Program-made: the position numbers and the translations under genes | DNA from: Lingula anatina | Lineage: Eukaryota > Animalia > Brachiopoda | NCBI GenBank assembly: GCA_051362555.1 | Contig: CM120640.1 | Span: 63,652,788-63,716,787, forward strand | Direction of reading: 5' to 3' | Length of the DNA: 64,000 nucleotides | Shown: positions 46,400-61,040 of the stretch, piece after piece | How the letters are laid out: every line of letters begins with the position of its first letter | Position numbering within the stretch: the first letter of the stretch is position 1 | The notes under the pieces: generated by a model | Databases searched by the model: none | The model's input: the letters and a program-made list of their open reading frames with translations, nothing else | Told to the model about the DNA's origin: nothing

Positions 46400-49300
46400 A
46401 TCTTCAGCAAAATTTCAGTCAATGTGTCATATTCTGCAACAGGGTGCATAAACAGGTAACAATCATAATCAACTGAAGCAAAGGCTATATTATTGATTGG
46501 TGTACTAAATAGATAAATAAATGATGTACCAAGATGTCATACACATTCATCAGTGTACCCTAGGGGTAGGTAGATAACATGTGTACCAGACAATACAATG
46601 TACTGTTGCTCCATTTGATATTTACTGTACATGTACTTGTATATATATTACCAATAACATCCAATTATCCTCAAAATACAAACAACAAAAAATCCACATC
46701 TCAAAAATGTGTGCATCAGATGCTTGCCTGTTTGTATCCTGACAACCTGAAGGAGGTCAGTGCTTACATTTAATCAGTAATAAAATTTAACTGATGACAT
46801 TTTGGAGGGTAACAAACAAGTGAAATATCATATCCTATACCTGTGATAATTCAAATGATAAATTATGGGAAAGAAACTATCAAACAAATATCAAGAGATT
46901 AACTTAAAGCAAGATCCTGCACTCTAACACAACATAAGCTCTAAAGTAACAGAAATTCACACTGGACATCGCTGTGCTATTCGCACTGGTCGCGTATGTA
47001 CTGTATAATGTAGTTACAGACATTTTACATCGATTGTTTTTATTAATCACGGCTTATTAAACTTACTGGTTCCGGATATGAAAAGAATGTATTGTCCTGT
47101 TTTAAAATAAAGTTACATAATTTACATACGCAGAAATGTTTTGTATGTGAAAATGAGCAAGTAGTATCCACCGATATTGTTCGTGACGCCAACCTAGTGG
47201 AACTTTTTCCCAAGCAACGGGTGTCAAGTCAGTGGGTATGTCGAGCTTAAAAATGAGTTCATACCGGTGTATCAACAAAATTTAAAAAATAATGAACATT
47301 TCAACACAGCCAAAATTATAGCTCTAAATATCTGGTAAATATTTAAAGTGCCATTCGGACTATAGAAAAAGTGTAAAAAAAAAAGTGTTAGAAGTGGTAT
47401 GGTTAATGCAAAATTCGAGCGAGTTATCGTATATAGGCCTAATCCATTGTAGCATTATAACGTGTCCTCATACAGCCTATAAAAAAGCAAGGCCCATCAC
47501 GATTAATTTTATATGTCTACTACAAATAATGTGTAATCAATTTTTAAATCTATAATGTACAATCAGAATTGGAAATGAAAAATTATGCAATGCCCTTTAT
47601 GTACAGTAGACCTTTTTGAAAGTGTGTTGTCCGAAATTGTTAAGAAATTAATATATTGCTTTGCTTCACGAAAGACATACCTGCACAAAAATTAACCGTA
47701 CTTCTTATCATCCATAGATTATTTTTCACGGGTGTTCTCAGGGGCGGATCCAGGATTATTTGAAGGGGGCGTGGGTGTCCGGAACGATTTTGAAACATAA
47801 TAAAAATGATTATCCAAATTGCTGTCAAAGGTCATCTTTGTACTCTCTGAAGCGGGGGGAGGGGGGGTATGGAAGAAGTCTACACTTTGTAGACTTGTGA
47901 AAATGATAATAAAAATGGACGATCTCTTACTACACATGCATGTATGTACCAGTATACACCCCGCTAGGGGTAAATCGGGCAAATAGGCTAATTTGTCCGA
48001 TTTCTGATAATAGGAAGCTTTAAAAAAGTTCAGGGAAATAAAATCCCATCTTGATCACCTCGACATCACAATCAGCTAGATGTGTAGATGTAAATTCAAT
48101 ATGTTTTAAAAGCTGGAGTTTGACCCTGATATATGTAGCATTTTGGCTAATATTGTTTATATAATTCATGACACACATATCTTTTTTATATTAATGTATA
48201 CTTTTTTATTAATTTAATATTTTTTATTTATTTTTGTGTTTGGATTATCACTAGCTATTATCATGTGCACCCTCTTTCCTCAGCGGAACATAAACCAGAC
48301 AGGTGTGTTATGCTTCAATTAACCTGCTTCAAACGGCTGCCTAAAAAACAGGAAAGAAACTCCATAACGTGAACTGGTTAGATAAATTAAACATCTTCCA
48401 AATTCCAGGATTCACTACGTAAGCACACTAGGTTACTCAAAGCAAATGCGTCCGGAAGCCAGTGCCTAAGACCATTTTACCTTTCCAATCCTCAGTATCT
48501 CGTAACAGTGTGGTAAGAGTCGCGCTTAATAACAGTGAAGTTCTGCATCCTGGATGATCCACATGGGAGTGAATCAGCGGTTAAAAGAAAGTTAATCAAT
48601 ATCATCGGTCACGAGAAGAAAACTTGGCTAGAAAACATAGTGGACCGTGAGCAGTACGCCGCATAGTACTAGCATCAGGATGCTTCTTAAACCAGGGGAA
48701 TGATCTAATGCTGCGTAAGTCATGATTCGTATATTTCGATGCCTCGGGCGACAGCATTCGGATATTAAGTTCCGAAACCCGATTTTCTTAGAGGTTACTG
48801 AGCTTTACTTTAACAATCGACAAAAATGCTGGTTAAATTTGATGTTCTGGGTCGATAAGGGATTCAAAGCGTTTCAATTCACTCTTGAGTGTAGATACAT
48901 CAGTTCAGTGTTGGCAGAAGCCTACTTAGATGTCAGCATCAATAAACTTAACAAAAATAGATGAAAAGCGATTTATCATCTTTAGATATCAAAAGAAATC
49001 CACCTAACATGCGAAAAATTGCGTTTCTCCTCTTCTGCTCTCGAGCTGTATTCCTAAAATAGTATTCGCATAAAACCATGTGTAAAATGGTGTCAATTTG
49101 GGGCGCCGCTGTTCTATTATTAGCATAATCCAGAGGGCCTCGTTTGAAGCCTAATTTGCTGCTTATCAGGGGAATAATGCGATATAAAACGATGGACATA
49201 CATCACTTTATCATTTGGATTTATTTTTTAGGTATACACTACGCGTTTGAAAAGAGCAAGACATACTGCGGATGTTTAATATGATCAAAGCAGACCCATA

Positions 49301-49463
49301 GCGTTAGAATACGTTATGAAAAGACTGCAAGTCTTATTGCATTTGTGATCTGTTGAGATCATTTATGTGGGACAACAATTATATATTTTCCTCTGCTTTC
49401 TTGCTAACTGAAAATTGTTGTTTTACAAAGCAAACAACCCGGCGCGAACAAACGAACACCTGA

Positions 49464-49521
49464 GTGACGTCACGATCGACCAGAGCCCCACCTGTCTAAA
49501 TTAACGGTTGGTGTTGATTGG
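49464..49521 (+). promoter_or_regulatory. Candidate proximal promoter elements of the Ig gene: full CRE palindrome and inverted CCAAT
   Basis: GTGACGTCAC at 49464-49473 and ATTGG at 49517-49521, 140-195 bp upstream of ATG 49660, in a CpG-containing segment. Confidence 0.4.
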
Positions 49522-49659
49522 TTGTGACATTTAGAGTGCGATTAACGGGCACTCCATGCTGGTGGACTTAGATTAACATTTAACCCACAGGACAACGGGG
49601 ACACAACACGGACTATAGTTTAGAAGGTACAGCTGAAACTGAAACCAGAACTTAGAACC

Positions 49660-52600
49660 ATGCTCGCCGCAGCAACGCTTCTCGCCACTTTCCTCTCCCT
49701 CATCACAGGTAAGTTTACACCAATGAATTTAGGGACACATCGCAGTTTAAGATACTAGAATAACGATGTAATTACATGATTGATGACAGCAAGGGGTCAA
49801 TCTTCTACTGATAGCGTGGCCCTTGAAGATATTTAATGACAAAAAGTGGCATAAACTTGGTGATTTCACTTGGTTTTGATGTTTTAATGGGTACCATACG
49901 TTTGTGCTAAAGGCATGTAAACGAACATGAATGTGAAGAGCCAGGTATTTTCAAATGAAGTATTTAACCATTCAATCATCCAAGAGGAAACTGGAGTTTC
50001 GCCAGTGAATGTCGACAGGGAACTCTGAGTTGAAGCATTTGCTTGGGTGTAGTGTTTGTAAACCATATACAACTGTCGAATATTAGCTGCAGATTTAAGG
50101 TTCCTCCAGGTGTGAATAAATCGATCTGGGACTTCACTTACCTATCGAAAGCACGGTCTTGTTTATGATTAAAAGAAACAAAAAGGTCGCGGGACATGCG
50201 TTAACCAAGTACCTTAAATCAATTTCTTTTTGCGTTTTGTATGATATTTGAATACCTATATCATAAGTATTGTATTAATAAAATATTGACCGATTCCCAT
50301 AAGACTTAGGTGTGGGGCTTATGGCAGGTTTAGAGCCTGGCACGGCGTTCTTCTGTCATGCTTGTTGCACCTCGGAGGTTAATTAACATTATTTGGCTGG
50401 CTTTCTTTTGTTGTCGTTAACTATGTCGTAGATGTCACCGGGCTTAATTAGCCAGATGCAACTTATCTACCACATAAATGCCAAGTTTAAGATTCCACAG
50501 TTACTTGTGTAAACTACTTTAGCTTCGTCTCTATCTTTTGATTACTGCCAAGAGCTTCTCCTCAACTTAGCAAAATATCGACGCCCATTTTAGGTCGTTA
50601 TGAAAATAATAGGTTTTTTGGAGGGCTGCATGTTTTACCGGGCCAAAAATGAGCTCTTCATAAGGTTATCTCAAGGTAAACAATGGGGTGAGCTAATGTA
50701 AACTTCTGAGACACGGTATTGACATTAATTTTGAGCTATTCGCGCATGTCTGAATCATGTCCAAAAGTATTTCTGTCATCAAAGAATATTTATTTTGGTA
50801 ATAGTACATATTAATCGACACGGTTACTCCGAGGGAATGTTGTGATTGTTACATATTTGTACTTGCTATGTAGCACGGCGCGCATAAATGTTTGTATGAG
50901 AAGGGGTTTATTTCCAAGTTCAAAGTGAATAAGAACCCATTCCTCATGATAAATGTGTTGGTGTACATGTCTGCGGTCGAAAACGAAAGAACCTTGGGTT
51001 GATACCATTGGTAATGAGTAGTCGTTTAACACTTTTATTACTATGTTGATATAAAAAGAAATCACTTTAAACTCAGGTGGACAAACTTACGTTACCCTTT
51101 TAAATTTAAAAGAAGGCCATTCGCTATCTAGCTATATGTACCGCTAGGCCTTTGTGATTCACTCAAAAAGCTTGGTCATGTAGAAGTAAATATTTGCAAA
51201 CAATAACAAGCTTTGAATGATCTGTTACATGAATCACCGTTGACATAAAATATTAGGAAAATTAACAACTGCCTTTTGACACAGCGTTCATTTCAAACCT
51301 CCCCGAATTTCTCCGTTATTTTCTTTTTAAACCGTATCTCAAATTCTAAGCCTTTGGAATTTTTTCTGGAATATGATTTACAGTTAAAGATAGAAGAACC
51401 CACTACTCAAGGGGGGAAAACAGCCCACGGGATTGTATTCCCGCAATCGAATTACTATAAAATAACACGGTGGGTTTTATCTTTAATTCACCATGAAATC
51501 AATTTGTCAATGCTATAAAATATGGTTTGATTTATATAAGACGATACACTTGTTGGAGAGATTAAAGTGTCATTTTCGAAAACCTTGACGGCTTATGTCC
51601 CGTTTTTATCATCCTTAAGGGAGCATATAGCCGCGATTCAGCCAGTTACAAATTAGATTTTATCGATCCTTGGATCGGTGGAAGATAACCGCGAGGTAAA
51701 TCGAGGAAGGAATTAGACAGAACAATGGTGGGTCAAATTGTATCGGTATGACCGGCTCTTTTGCAATAAAAAATATAAATGGTGCACTGCGTTCCTTGAA
51801 AAAATCCACCGGGCATATACTAGGCTGCATGGTTTAATATCCTTGTTCGTGCGACTTTTTTTCTTTTCAGACGATGGCACACTCGGCAATAGGGAATCGC
51901 TCATGATTAACCTCTCCTGCAGCGTATGCCATTGGCCTGGCTTATCATTCGGGTAATGATAGCATTAGTATTGCCAAGTAAAACCGTGACTGGTTCTTCC
52001 AATCACGTTAATTGCTATGGTTAGGCTTATTAGACAGAATCACTAAATCCCGAAAATATTGAAAGCAATACGCATTTTTTCACTCTACTCAGTGTGGTGT
52101 GTTTGAAGTTGCGACAAGATAATGAATTGAAAGTCGCCCATTTTTTAACTGTCTATAGCTAACCATTATCTAAAATCTCACTTCAAATCCTGCACCTGAA
52201 CTATTGAAAAGCTGTCATGTCTATTGGGCACTACTTTGAGAGTTTCTCCGGTGTGTACTTTGGAACAACGTGCTTATAGAAGTGATAAAAACTACCGCAC
52301 GCTGGGACGGTGGTATTGAATTATGCTAAAGAAACTCTCACAAAAGATCCCATACTACTTTTATCACATCCTCCGGGATCCTAGAAAATTTCCGAGTCGG
52401 ATTTCACAGTGAATGGCGCGATTATTGACAACTTACTGAGTAAAACCTGCAAGACAGTTAGGGACATTTCCTGGTAATTACCAACCCCCTCTCTCCAACT
52501 ACCCTTTGATTACATCCTAGTAACATCTGTCAGGCGATTTCCTTAATCAACTTAGCTAACATCAGGATAAATATATCTATGGTAATCAGGCAACATCTCA

Positions 52601-55600
52601 TTTTTTACCCTCCTCTCGATTTCCTACTGTCGCTTGACAAACTGAAAACACATTATTCTATATTTGTTTGGAGTTGCATCTCTTCTTTTTCATCCAGTCG
52701 TTCGTTATAAACTAAACGGTATGATGTGTTGTTAAATACTTCAACTGGGCATGTCACGTGGCATCAGTTGATTTGACATTCGAACAAGAACTTATTATTT
52801 AGATATTTGAAGCGGATTCAAGCTAGGTTCCATCGTTTAGGATGCATATGTGTGAGAAACTAAGCACTGAAGAATGCCCATTTCTTGTTATTGTTTTATT
52901 TCTTTTCATATGTTATGTGCAACTTGAAATTAAAGTTTAAATAATGTAGTACTGCGTCTGTGCACGCCCTAATATCGGTCTTATGGCGATCATCTTATTC
53001 TTTATTGTGCTCCATTTTCAAATGTCTTTAATTTTCACCATCACAGCTGTACTTCCCACAGACATATGATTGAATGGAAAAAATATCCAACATAGCCATA
53101 TTCCTATTTCGTTATCGAGACAACTGTCTTAGACGGGTTCGATGTAGCGTCGTGTTCTCTTCCACTTAAACTGGTAGTTCGATAGCGGCCCCATCGATAA
53201 CTTATAAAGCACCATCAGTGTCGCCATATTAAAAAATTCACAATACCACGTTGGATTTTCTCATACATTTCATGCCACAGTGCCCTAACTGGACGTATGT
53301 TTTCTGTGAGATATGGAACTGGAGATGGAACCGATCGATCCCGGGCTTTAGTCGCAACCCATCATTGTTCTGTTCTCATATTCTGATAATCAGATTTGAA
53401 GCGCGACAGGACTTTATAAAAACACTTCTTTTATGCAACCATTGATGATAATATTAATGGAGAGAGATCAAAACATCTAATACATGGCAATGATCTAATA
53501 ATTACTATTTTGTTCCTTTCTAAGCCGGGGCTGTCACGTATGTCAAAGCAAACCTAATTTTACCTTCCAGATACATTGGCCGTCATTTTCGAACGAGAAA
53601 ACGTATTACATAATTAATCTGGATTTTACCAAATCGGATCAGCATATACATTAATTTTAATTTGAAACTTAATGATCTGGCCAACAATACGGAAAAGAAT
53701 TGATTAGTGCATTCAGTTTCTCTTTAAGTATTTGCTTATACGCCAAGAGCTACTTACAGAGTAATGTGTATTAGAAATGTCCACCCTTGCCTAATACTAT
53801 AGGTATGGATATATGTTATCCTTTTCTTGGGAAATTATATGTTATAGGGTAAGTATTTTATAGTTAAAGCGTCTGAGAAATAAAACTGATGGCATGTGAT
53901 CTTAAATAATCGCACGTATATAAACCACATGTCAGGGGTCAATATTAATTATGCCAACTGTAAAAAGCTATGGATGCCCCCGGCATTCGGACAAAAGGTC
54001 AACATGTTGTATTAAGTTTATTTTTATGGGATGGACCTTGTTTTTATGGAAAGTCTCGAATATGTCCAATAATTTCATGTTAAGAAAGGGAAAATAAAGG
54101 CACCTTAAGATGTTACCTCTGGCATGTTTTGGATCCCGATGATACTGTTTAGTCTTTTCAAATATTCGTTGCGATATTATTTTAGGGGCAAATGTAATAT
54201 TTGTGATGTGCAATTCTATTGGTGATGTATAAATTTTCAGTCTTTAACACAGATCGAACTAAACCGTGCGAATTAAGCGTCCGATCAGATATGTGCATTC
54301 AAATGAATGCGTGCAAGTCCCTTTATTTTGAAAATGCTTTTTGATTTCTTATTTTGTTTTTGTATGTTCCGATAACTTCAACGGTTTAAAGCCACTAATG
54401 TAATCATTTGTTCAATTTTTAGCTACCTTCGCCGCTACTACTGTGGCTGTCAGTACTTCCCCAGACGCAACATCAGGTCTGTTAGAGGGGGCAGACGCAC
54501 AGCTCCGATGTTTTGTAAACCTGGACCTGACGGACTATGATCTTAAAGTAAAATGGGTTAAAGAAGTGGATGGGGTCGAAACCGTCATTACATCTAATGG
54601 CGACTTACTGGTATCTAACTCCAGATACTCCGTACATAGAACAGTTGGAGAAGGATTACAAGGGATTCTCGACAGAGGCTATTATCTTAACATATCAGGT
54701 GGGAGACTCATTTTTATTACTGGGATATTTCTTTTATTCCTTTCTTTATATTTATAATTATTATTGCTATAATAATAATAATAATAATGATTATTATTAT
54801 GGTTGCTATTAATAATTTTAGATCACAGAAATATCGGGATCTTTTCTTTTCACTTGGTTTAGTCACCCTGGAGAGTAGAATTAAATAAAATAAAACGATA
54901 TATGTCATATCAAAACACAGAAGTAATCTTTTGTAGGCGTCAAGGCCGTTGATGCGGGAAGTTATTTTTGCAAGGCTGGACCGAGAGTGATACAAACAGT
55001 ACTTAGGGTCCTAGGTAAGTATAGTGCAGGTACCAGGGCCCCGTATCTCGAAAGCATCGCGTTTTGCGAATCGCTATATCAAATAGAGGCTACAGTGTAT
55101 TATATGGGACGAGTATGGGCGAGTTATGGAATCGAGACGCTTGCGCACGGTCGCAATGCGCGATGCTTTCGAGATACGGGGCCCAGTTATCCTCAAGGAA
55201 GGGTCCTGTATCGTTATATATGTGCAACCTTCTTACTGTAAGTTTAGAGTTCCTTTGGCTTCTGTCTGAAAAAAAAAGAGAAACTTAACTTAAGCGACTT
55301 TTCATGTTTACTACAGCCCCTACAGATTTTAATCTACATAAGTAAACTTCGTTCACTTTGGGCCTATTTCAACTTTTCTCTTGCAAAGAGACAACGACAT
55401 ACAATGAAATGTAAGATGGGGGGAGGGTGTTTTAAAAGCCAGTCTAAGACGTAATTAAGAAGTTGAAAGATGAAACCATTTGCTAAGCCTGGTCACCCCG
55501 ATGATATTGACATGCATTATCAAAATCAATAGCTTAAATGATTAGAAAAACATGGTGCTTTTATCTGCTATTTAAAGAGGTTCAAATATACTGAAACATA

Positions 55601-58068
55601 AAGGTTGGCAAATCGGATTTTTATCTGAGAACTTTGCTGTAAAGTTATTTCACAGGTATCTGTTACTGCTATTGCAATTATTAAACCTTTTTTCTGTTTT
55701 AATTCTGTGCACTTTCATTTTATCAAGCTTCAATGAACTTGAATGGTTTACAAGGATCTGCGTATTTTGTTTCATACTCCAATATGTACGGCTCTTTTGT
55801 TCGATAAAAACTGTTTCGTAAAGTTCTGTGGTCTTTATTTAAATAAAACAAAAATCCTAATTCTAGCCCCAATCTCAAATTTAACAATGGCATCGTACAG
55901 CAATGGAGAGACTGTTACAGTGGACGCAGGGACGACACTGGACCTAAGTTGCACCGCTATGGGCAGCACGACAAGGCCCGACCTAGAGGTATACGTGGGC
56001 GAAACCGCCGTGACCAAACAGTTCTCAATTTACCAGGCCGCAGTGGCATTCCAGGATGAAGGTTTGACAGGATCCACGTACACTGCGACTATTAGCAACC
56101 CAACGTACCCTATCAACCGTAGGGACAACGGAAAACGTCTGGCATGTAAAGCAACAGTGGAAAGGTTTCCTGTGCAAACGTATTATATTGAGCTGGACGT
56201 TAAATGTAAGATTTTTCTTTTAAATGCGTGGAGGCCCGATTTTCGATTGTAAAAAAAGGTTCTGTAAAATGACTTCGTTTGCTATTTTTGAAGAGAAATT
56301 TCATTAAATTTTGCCATTTAAAAAACCATACTGATTACCATTGAATTTTTGGATGAAATGAATCATTTCTAATTAACTCCCATCTTATTCGCTCGGTAAT
56401 TGTTGGGACCAACAGATGGCAAAAGCAATTATACACAATACAATCGACTTTCTAATTGCAGTTCCCCCAAAAGTAAACTGCGAATCCGACAAACAAGCAA
56501 TAAGAGGAGACAGCGGAATGAAAGTTGTTTGTCGTATGACGGCTAATCCAAACCCTACCGAAATATACTGGTCCTTGCCAACTGATGGAGAGACAGTAGG
56601 AGCACAAGAAATGAAAAATGGGTTGGTGGCAACAAAAAACGTAAGTAAAAAAAAACGGTACTGTGGGCTGCTCATTATCCGGTGCACACTTTACACTGCA
56701 AGGCCACGTTCCAGACCCCCCTTGTTTAGATTGGTGTTTTTCTTCACAATTTTTTACTTTTCCAAAATGTCAGAAAAGCACTGGAAAAACACCTGGCTGT
56801 CTCAAATCTTGGCAATCAGTTCGTCCGCAAGAAGCCCTATGTAATCAAATCTAATCTTATAGATGAGCACCCCTTCTTTTTTACCTTCTGATTAATGAGC
56901 GTTTGTTTCTGTAGGATAAAATGCTTATTAATCAAACAATTTAAAAATGGGCCTTCAGTTCTTTTCAATTTCCAACTTTCTGGTGCAGAAGTTCATTAAA
57001 TCTTTAGTATTCATTAAATCTTTTTAACACAGAAAGCTTATTCACAACTAAGGTGCGAAATGCAGGCAGAAATCATTGGTGGCCAAAAAAAGTGAGTTGA
57101 AAGCAAATAAGATTGATTGTAATGTGGAACTCAACCCTACCCAACTTGGTACATTTTCATGAGAAGATAATCTGAGACTGGCAGGAAATGTCCAAATAAA
57201 AAAAAATTCTAAAATACAGTCTTTATATTGTAATATATCTTTGCTCTCATCTCTATCTTTCAATTATTTCAGCTGAATGGTGATATCACAGAATTTGTAC
57301 TAAATATTGACAAAATAGACAAAAGTCATTTTGGTGAATACACTATTTATGTGAAAAATGAAAAAGGAGATGACATGGGGAGAATATCCATACTGGAAGG
57401 TAATAGTAAGTAGACCCTTTCCCTACTAGATCCTGCATGGTACAATAGATGTAGACTCAAAATTAGAAGTGCATGCATATTTAATCCAAGTGAGAAGAAT
57501 CAATAGAGGTCATAATGAGTCCCATCAATACATTACATGTACTATCCACCAGATTGATGTACCCATGAGAGTGAGCAAGTTAACCTCTGCTTTAGTCACA
57601 GAGTGTGTACTGCAGTGTTCCATTAGAGCTACCATTAAGACCCACCACTTGTGAGAATCACATAAAATAAAGTTTACACTTACTTGAGCAGAATGCACCA
57701 TTGAAAAAAAAAGCACTTCGATGGTTGTTACTGTAATGGATTGAACCTTGAACAGCACCGAATTCAATATAGTTACCCTTCAGAGGAAATTACTTCTCTT
57801 ATCTCAAGAAAATCGAGTTAGGTAAAAAACCAAATTGAATTTGCTGTTCAAAATTGGAGTTGACATTAGACAGTTTATACTGAAACAAATCTATCTATGC
57901 TCATATCACATGATATCAATTCAAATTTGTTTTTAACACACAGTTATTATATTTTTTGCAGCACCAAATGGACAGACATCATCAGGCTATCAGTTCCTTC
58001 CACATTCTCATCTACAACTTGTTCTTCTACTCGTGACTGTAATGTTAAGGTTAAGCCATCAAGGCTGA
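49660..58068 (+). CDS. Three-Ig-domain cell-surface protein with signal peptide and GPI-type C-terminus (lachesin/IgLON/DIP/Kirre-like architecture), 7 exons, 384 aa
   Basis: Exons 49660-49708, 54423-54698, 54937-55014, 55867-56205, 56462-56640, 57273-57399, 57962-58068 total 1155 nt in frame: MLAAATLLATFLSLITATFA; V-type LRC..W..LNISGVKAVDAGSYFC; C2-type LSC..DNGKRLAC; third domain VVC..ANPNP..YW..HFGEYTIYVKNEKG; tail SSG..LQLVLLLVTVML..stop. AATAAA at 60251. Confidence 0.85.
55037..55183. mobile_element. 147-bp PIF/Harbinger-type MITE with CAG TSD
   Basis: Perfect 25-bp TIRs GGCCCCGTATCTCGAAAGCATCGCG, with CAG at 55034-36 and 55184-86. Confidence 0.9.
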
Positions 58069-60876
58069 TCAATACTTTGAGCTGTAGTTCAACTTGAAAA
58101 CATGGAGGAAATGCTAATCCATTTACATGGAAATAAGTTATTCAAAGGTTCATAATTGCCAGAGAAACTTTTCAAGACATCAACTCCCACCTAAACATGT
58201 ACAGTCTTGACAGACTGCAGTACTTTAAATAAAATTACATTATCAGCTTGGATATAAACAGTGGAAATTAAAGTGCTTCGAAAAAAGAAGCGTAAAAGCT
58301 AGAGATTATTAGGCAACTATCTTTGCATAATTTTCTGAGTTGAATTTTCCATTTTTTTCAAGTTAGGTGGTCAGAGGTAGATATGTGATATGCCATAGAT
58401 TTGAGAAGCAAAACAGGGTGAAAAGTAATTTTTAAAAATTCTCATTGTAATATAGATATGACATGAACCCTTTCATCCAATAAGGCTTGTGGTTTTAATT
58501 TATATTCAATTTACAGCTGACCAACTGACAGTATTGGTCTTTAAAATCGAACATCTTTAATCCTTTAGATTACACACTAGGCCTTCCAGCAATAGATCCA
58601 ACTTGTCTCAAGGAAACTGTCTTTAACTGTAGGATATACACCTACCTAAGCATATGACTGCTTCCAGATAGTTCTGCAGGTCAGGAACGTTTTTAAATTG
58701 AAATTGAAGATGTACAATCAAGCTATGCAAAGAGCTTTACAAAACTAAGCCCCTAGAAAAAAAATGGTGTATATTGAAGAAATTAAGTGAAGTGATCAAG
58801 ATATGAATTATGAAAATGACACATTTAGGCAGTATACCACCATTTAATGCAATGTGGATGTTATGGGTCCTACAACATTTTTCATATGTCTTTTAGTCAT
58901 TTGGGTTTTGACATATGTCATCACCATGTGAAAATCATTAATTATATTAAATAATGTGTTTGCTTCAGTGACCTGGTAGGAAAGGGTTAATTCTAATCTT
59001 TATGTTAGATCGAAATAACATGTTTTCATCAATACTTTGCCCACAGGAGATAACCGATATTGTAGTGATACACTTAACATTTCGAAAGCCTCTGCTGACC
59101 CAACAGAATATCACATCTTGATTGCCACTGCATTCTAGCAAAGCTTTCATATCTCATGTAATGTAAAAGGACAATTATGAAAGATCTGAGTATGTGATTT
59201 AAAAATTATTTATGTAAATTCTTTTCATTTCACCAATGGGGAGATTTTAAAATCTCACAAGGCATCTGATAAATATTATGTTGTCACATTTATATTAATA
59301 GATATCTTTAGATATCTTAGAGGTAATTTCAGCTTAAGACCAGCACCTGAATGATGTCAGTCATCAGTTGTTCATACCTTTGTATGTAGAGAAATATACT
59401 CATATTAACAGAGATGGAACCCTGTAAACTCATAGATACATGAATATTCATCCACCATTTCACTAAGCAAGGTGGCACAAGTAGACTTGCATTTAAAAAT
59501 GCATGTTAAATAATCATGGAAAGCTTTATCATCATCTATGATTAAACTCTTGTTGTTTCCTTGAAATTAATAATAATGAAAATCAATAAATAATATATTT
59601 GAGAAAAACTAGCTTGTGATTGCTTATATTAAGTACAGTAACTGTGCATAATGAAATGGCTGTTCCTTCTAGATTGTAAAATAGAGTAATTCAGGTCATA
59701 TGTGGAACACCTGGTGGGAAAAGGAGTACATGTTTGCCCTCAGCAAATAGTTGTTGAAGTATACCTGCGGGCATGTGGGAGCTTTATAGCACAAAAGGAT
59801 AATAATGATTTCATATTCCCTTCTTAATAACATGAGAGTTCACTTAAAAATTCTACTAGGTGACCTACTTGGGAGGGAACAAACTGGCCACACTAGCTGT
59901 AACCAAGATCATGTCGAACTTAAACTTAGACAAGGGATCAAAGATGATTTTTTTATTGTTCCCACATGTCAGATGTTGTGAAAATGTCTGTGGTTTTCTC
60001 AGATGCACAACTGTAAACTGTTTAAATGTCAGTGATGTTTTTGTACCATTTTTTACATCTTCTACCTAGTTTTATATTATCATTTCGTCAATTAATAGTA
60101 TTGACATTTGCACATGCCATATTACATATTAGTTGCTCATCTGATCTAGCTAAGGTAGTTTAGTATAAGTTTTAAGACAGACAATGTAATTTTGCTTTTG
60201 TACATATCCTGTATTTTTAAGTCTGGACGTATGAAATGTGAATGTGATAGAATAAAAGTAATGATCTCTATAATCGGTAGATCTGTTCTTTTCTAAATGT
60301 GCATGCAAATCTACTTGGGAATTACAGACCTTTGATTAATACATACTAAATAAAATACAACCATAATTAAATTCATATTTCTTCAGTATTAAGTGGAGAG
60401 ACTATTTGAACCTCATACCATTTGGCCATTCATATGTACTGTGGCCATAATTACCCTGTTTACAGAAAAAAGTATTGAGATTTGAAAGGAGCATTTGGCA
60501 TTTGGTCAATTAATTTGATTTTGAATTCCTTAGAGTCACACAGGCATATCTTGGTAAAGATTTTGTAAATTTGTGGCTTAAATGATCGATTTTGAAACTA
60601 GCACAAATACCTTACTGAAAAAATTATTGTAGAAGATGGTGTGCACAAAGACCAAACAAAATACCTATCTATGTATGCATATCAATCATAGCAATAATGT
60701 TTTCAATAAAATGTCAATTGGTAATTGATAATTAAAATCTATAAAGGGAGGTTTAAAACAGCATCTCAAAATTTATCAAGCCATCATTCACAGTCAATCA
60801 CATAAGAACGTGCATTTTATCTACTTTAATTAAATTATAATTACACTGAAATGGTTGCATTTACAATGCAGTTTGT

Positions 60877-61040
60877 GGCCACATTCAGAACAGTGGACTA
60901 ACTAGTCTACGGGTCAAATATGGCAACCCACTAAAAAGCTTGCTGTCTAATCCGTTAATAGACACTGAATAGATTCCTCATGGAGGAAGTATTCAATTAA
61001 GTCAGCCACGTTTGACCCTCGGACTCTTCTGAATGCAGCC
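60877..61040. mobile_element. Degenerate palindromic MITE (Harbinger-like)
   Basis: GGCCACATTCAGAA..GGGTCAAATATGGC versus GCCACGTTTGACCC..TTCTGAATGCAGCC inverted. Confidence 0.55.

Noticed and set aside
47730-49400. Possible degenerate transposase or gene between AIFM3 and the Ig gene
   Set aside because: MITE-like ends (CAGGGGCGGATCCAGG; GGGTAAATCGGGCA) are visible, but no ORF with a recognisable motif.
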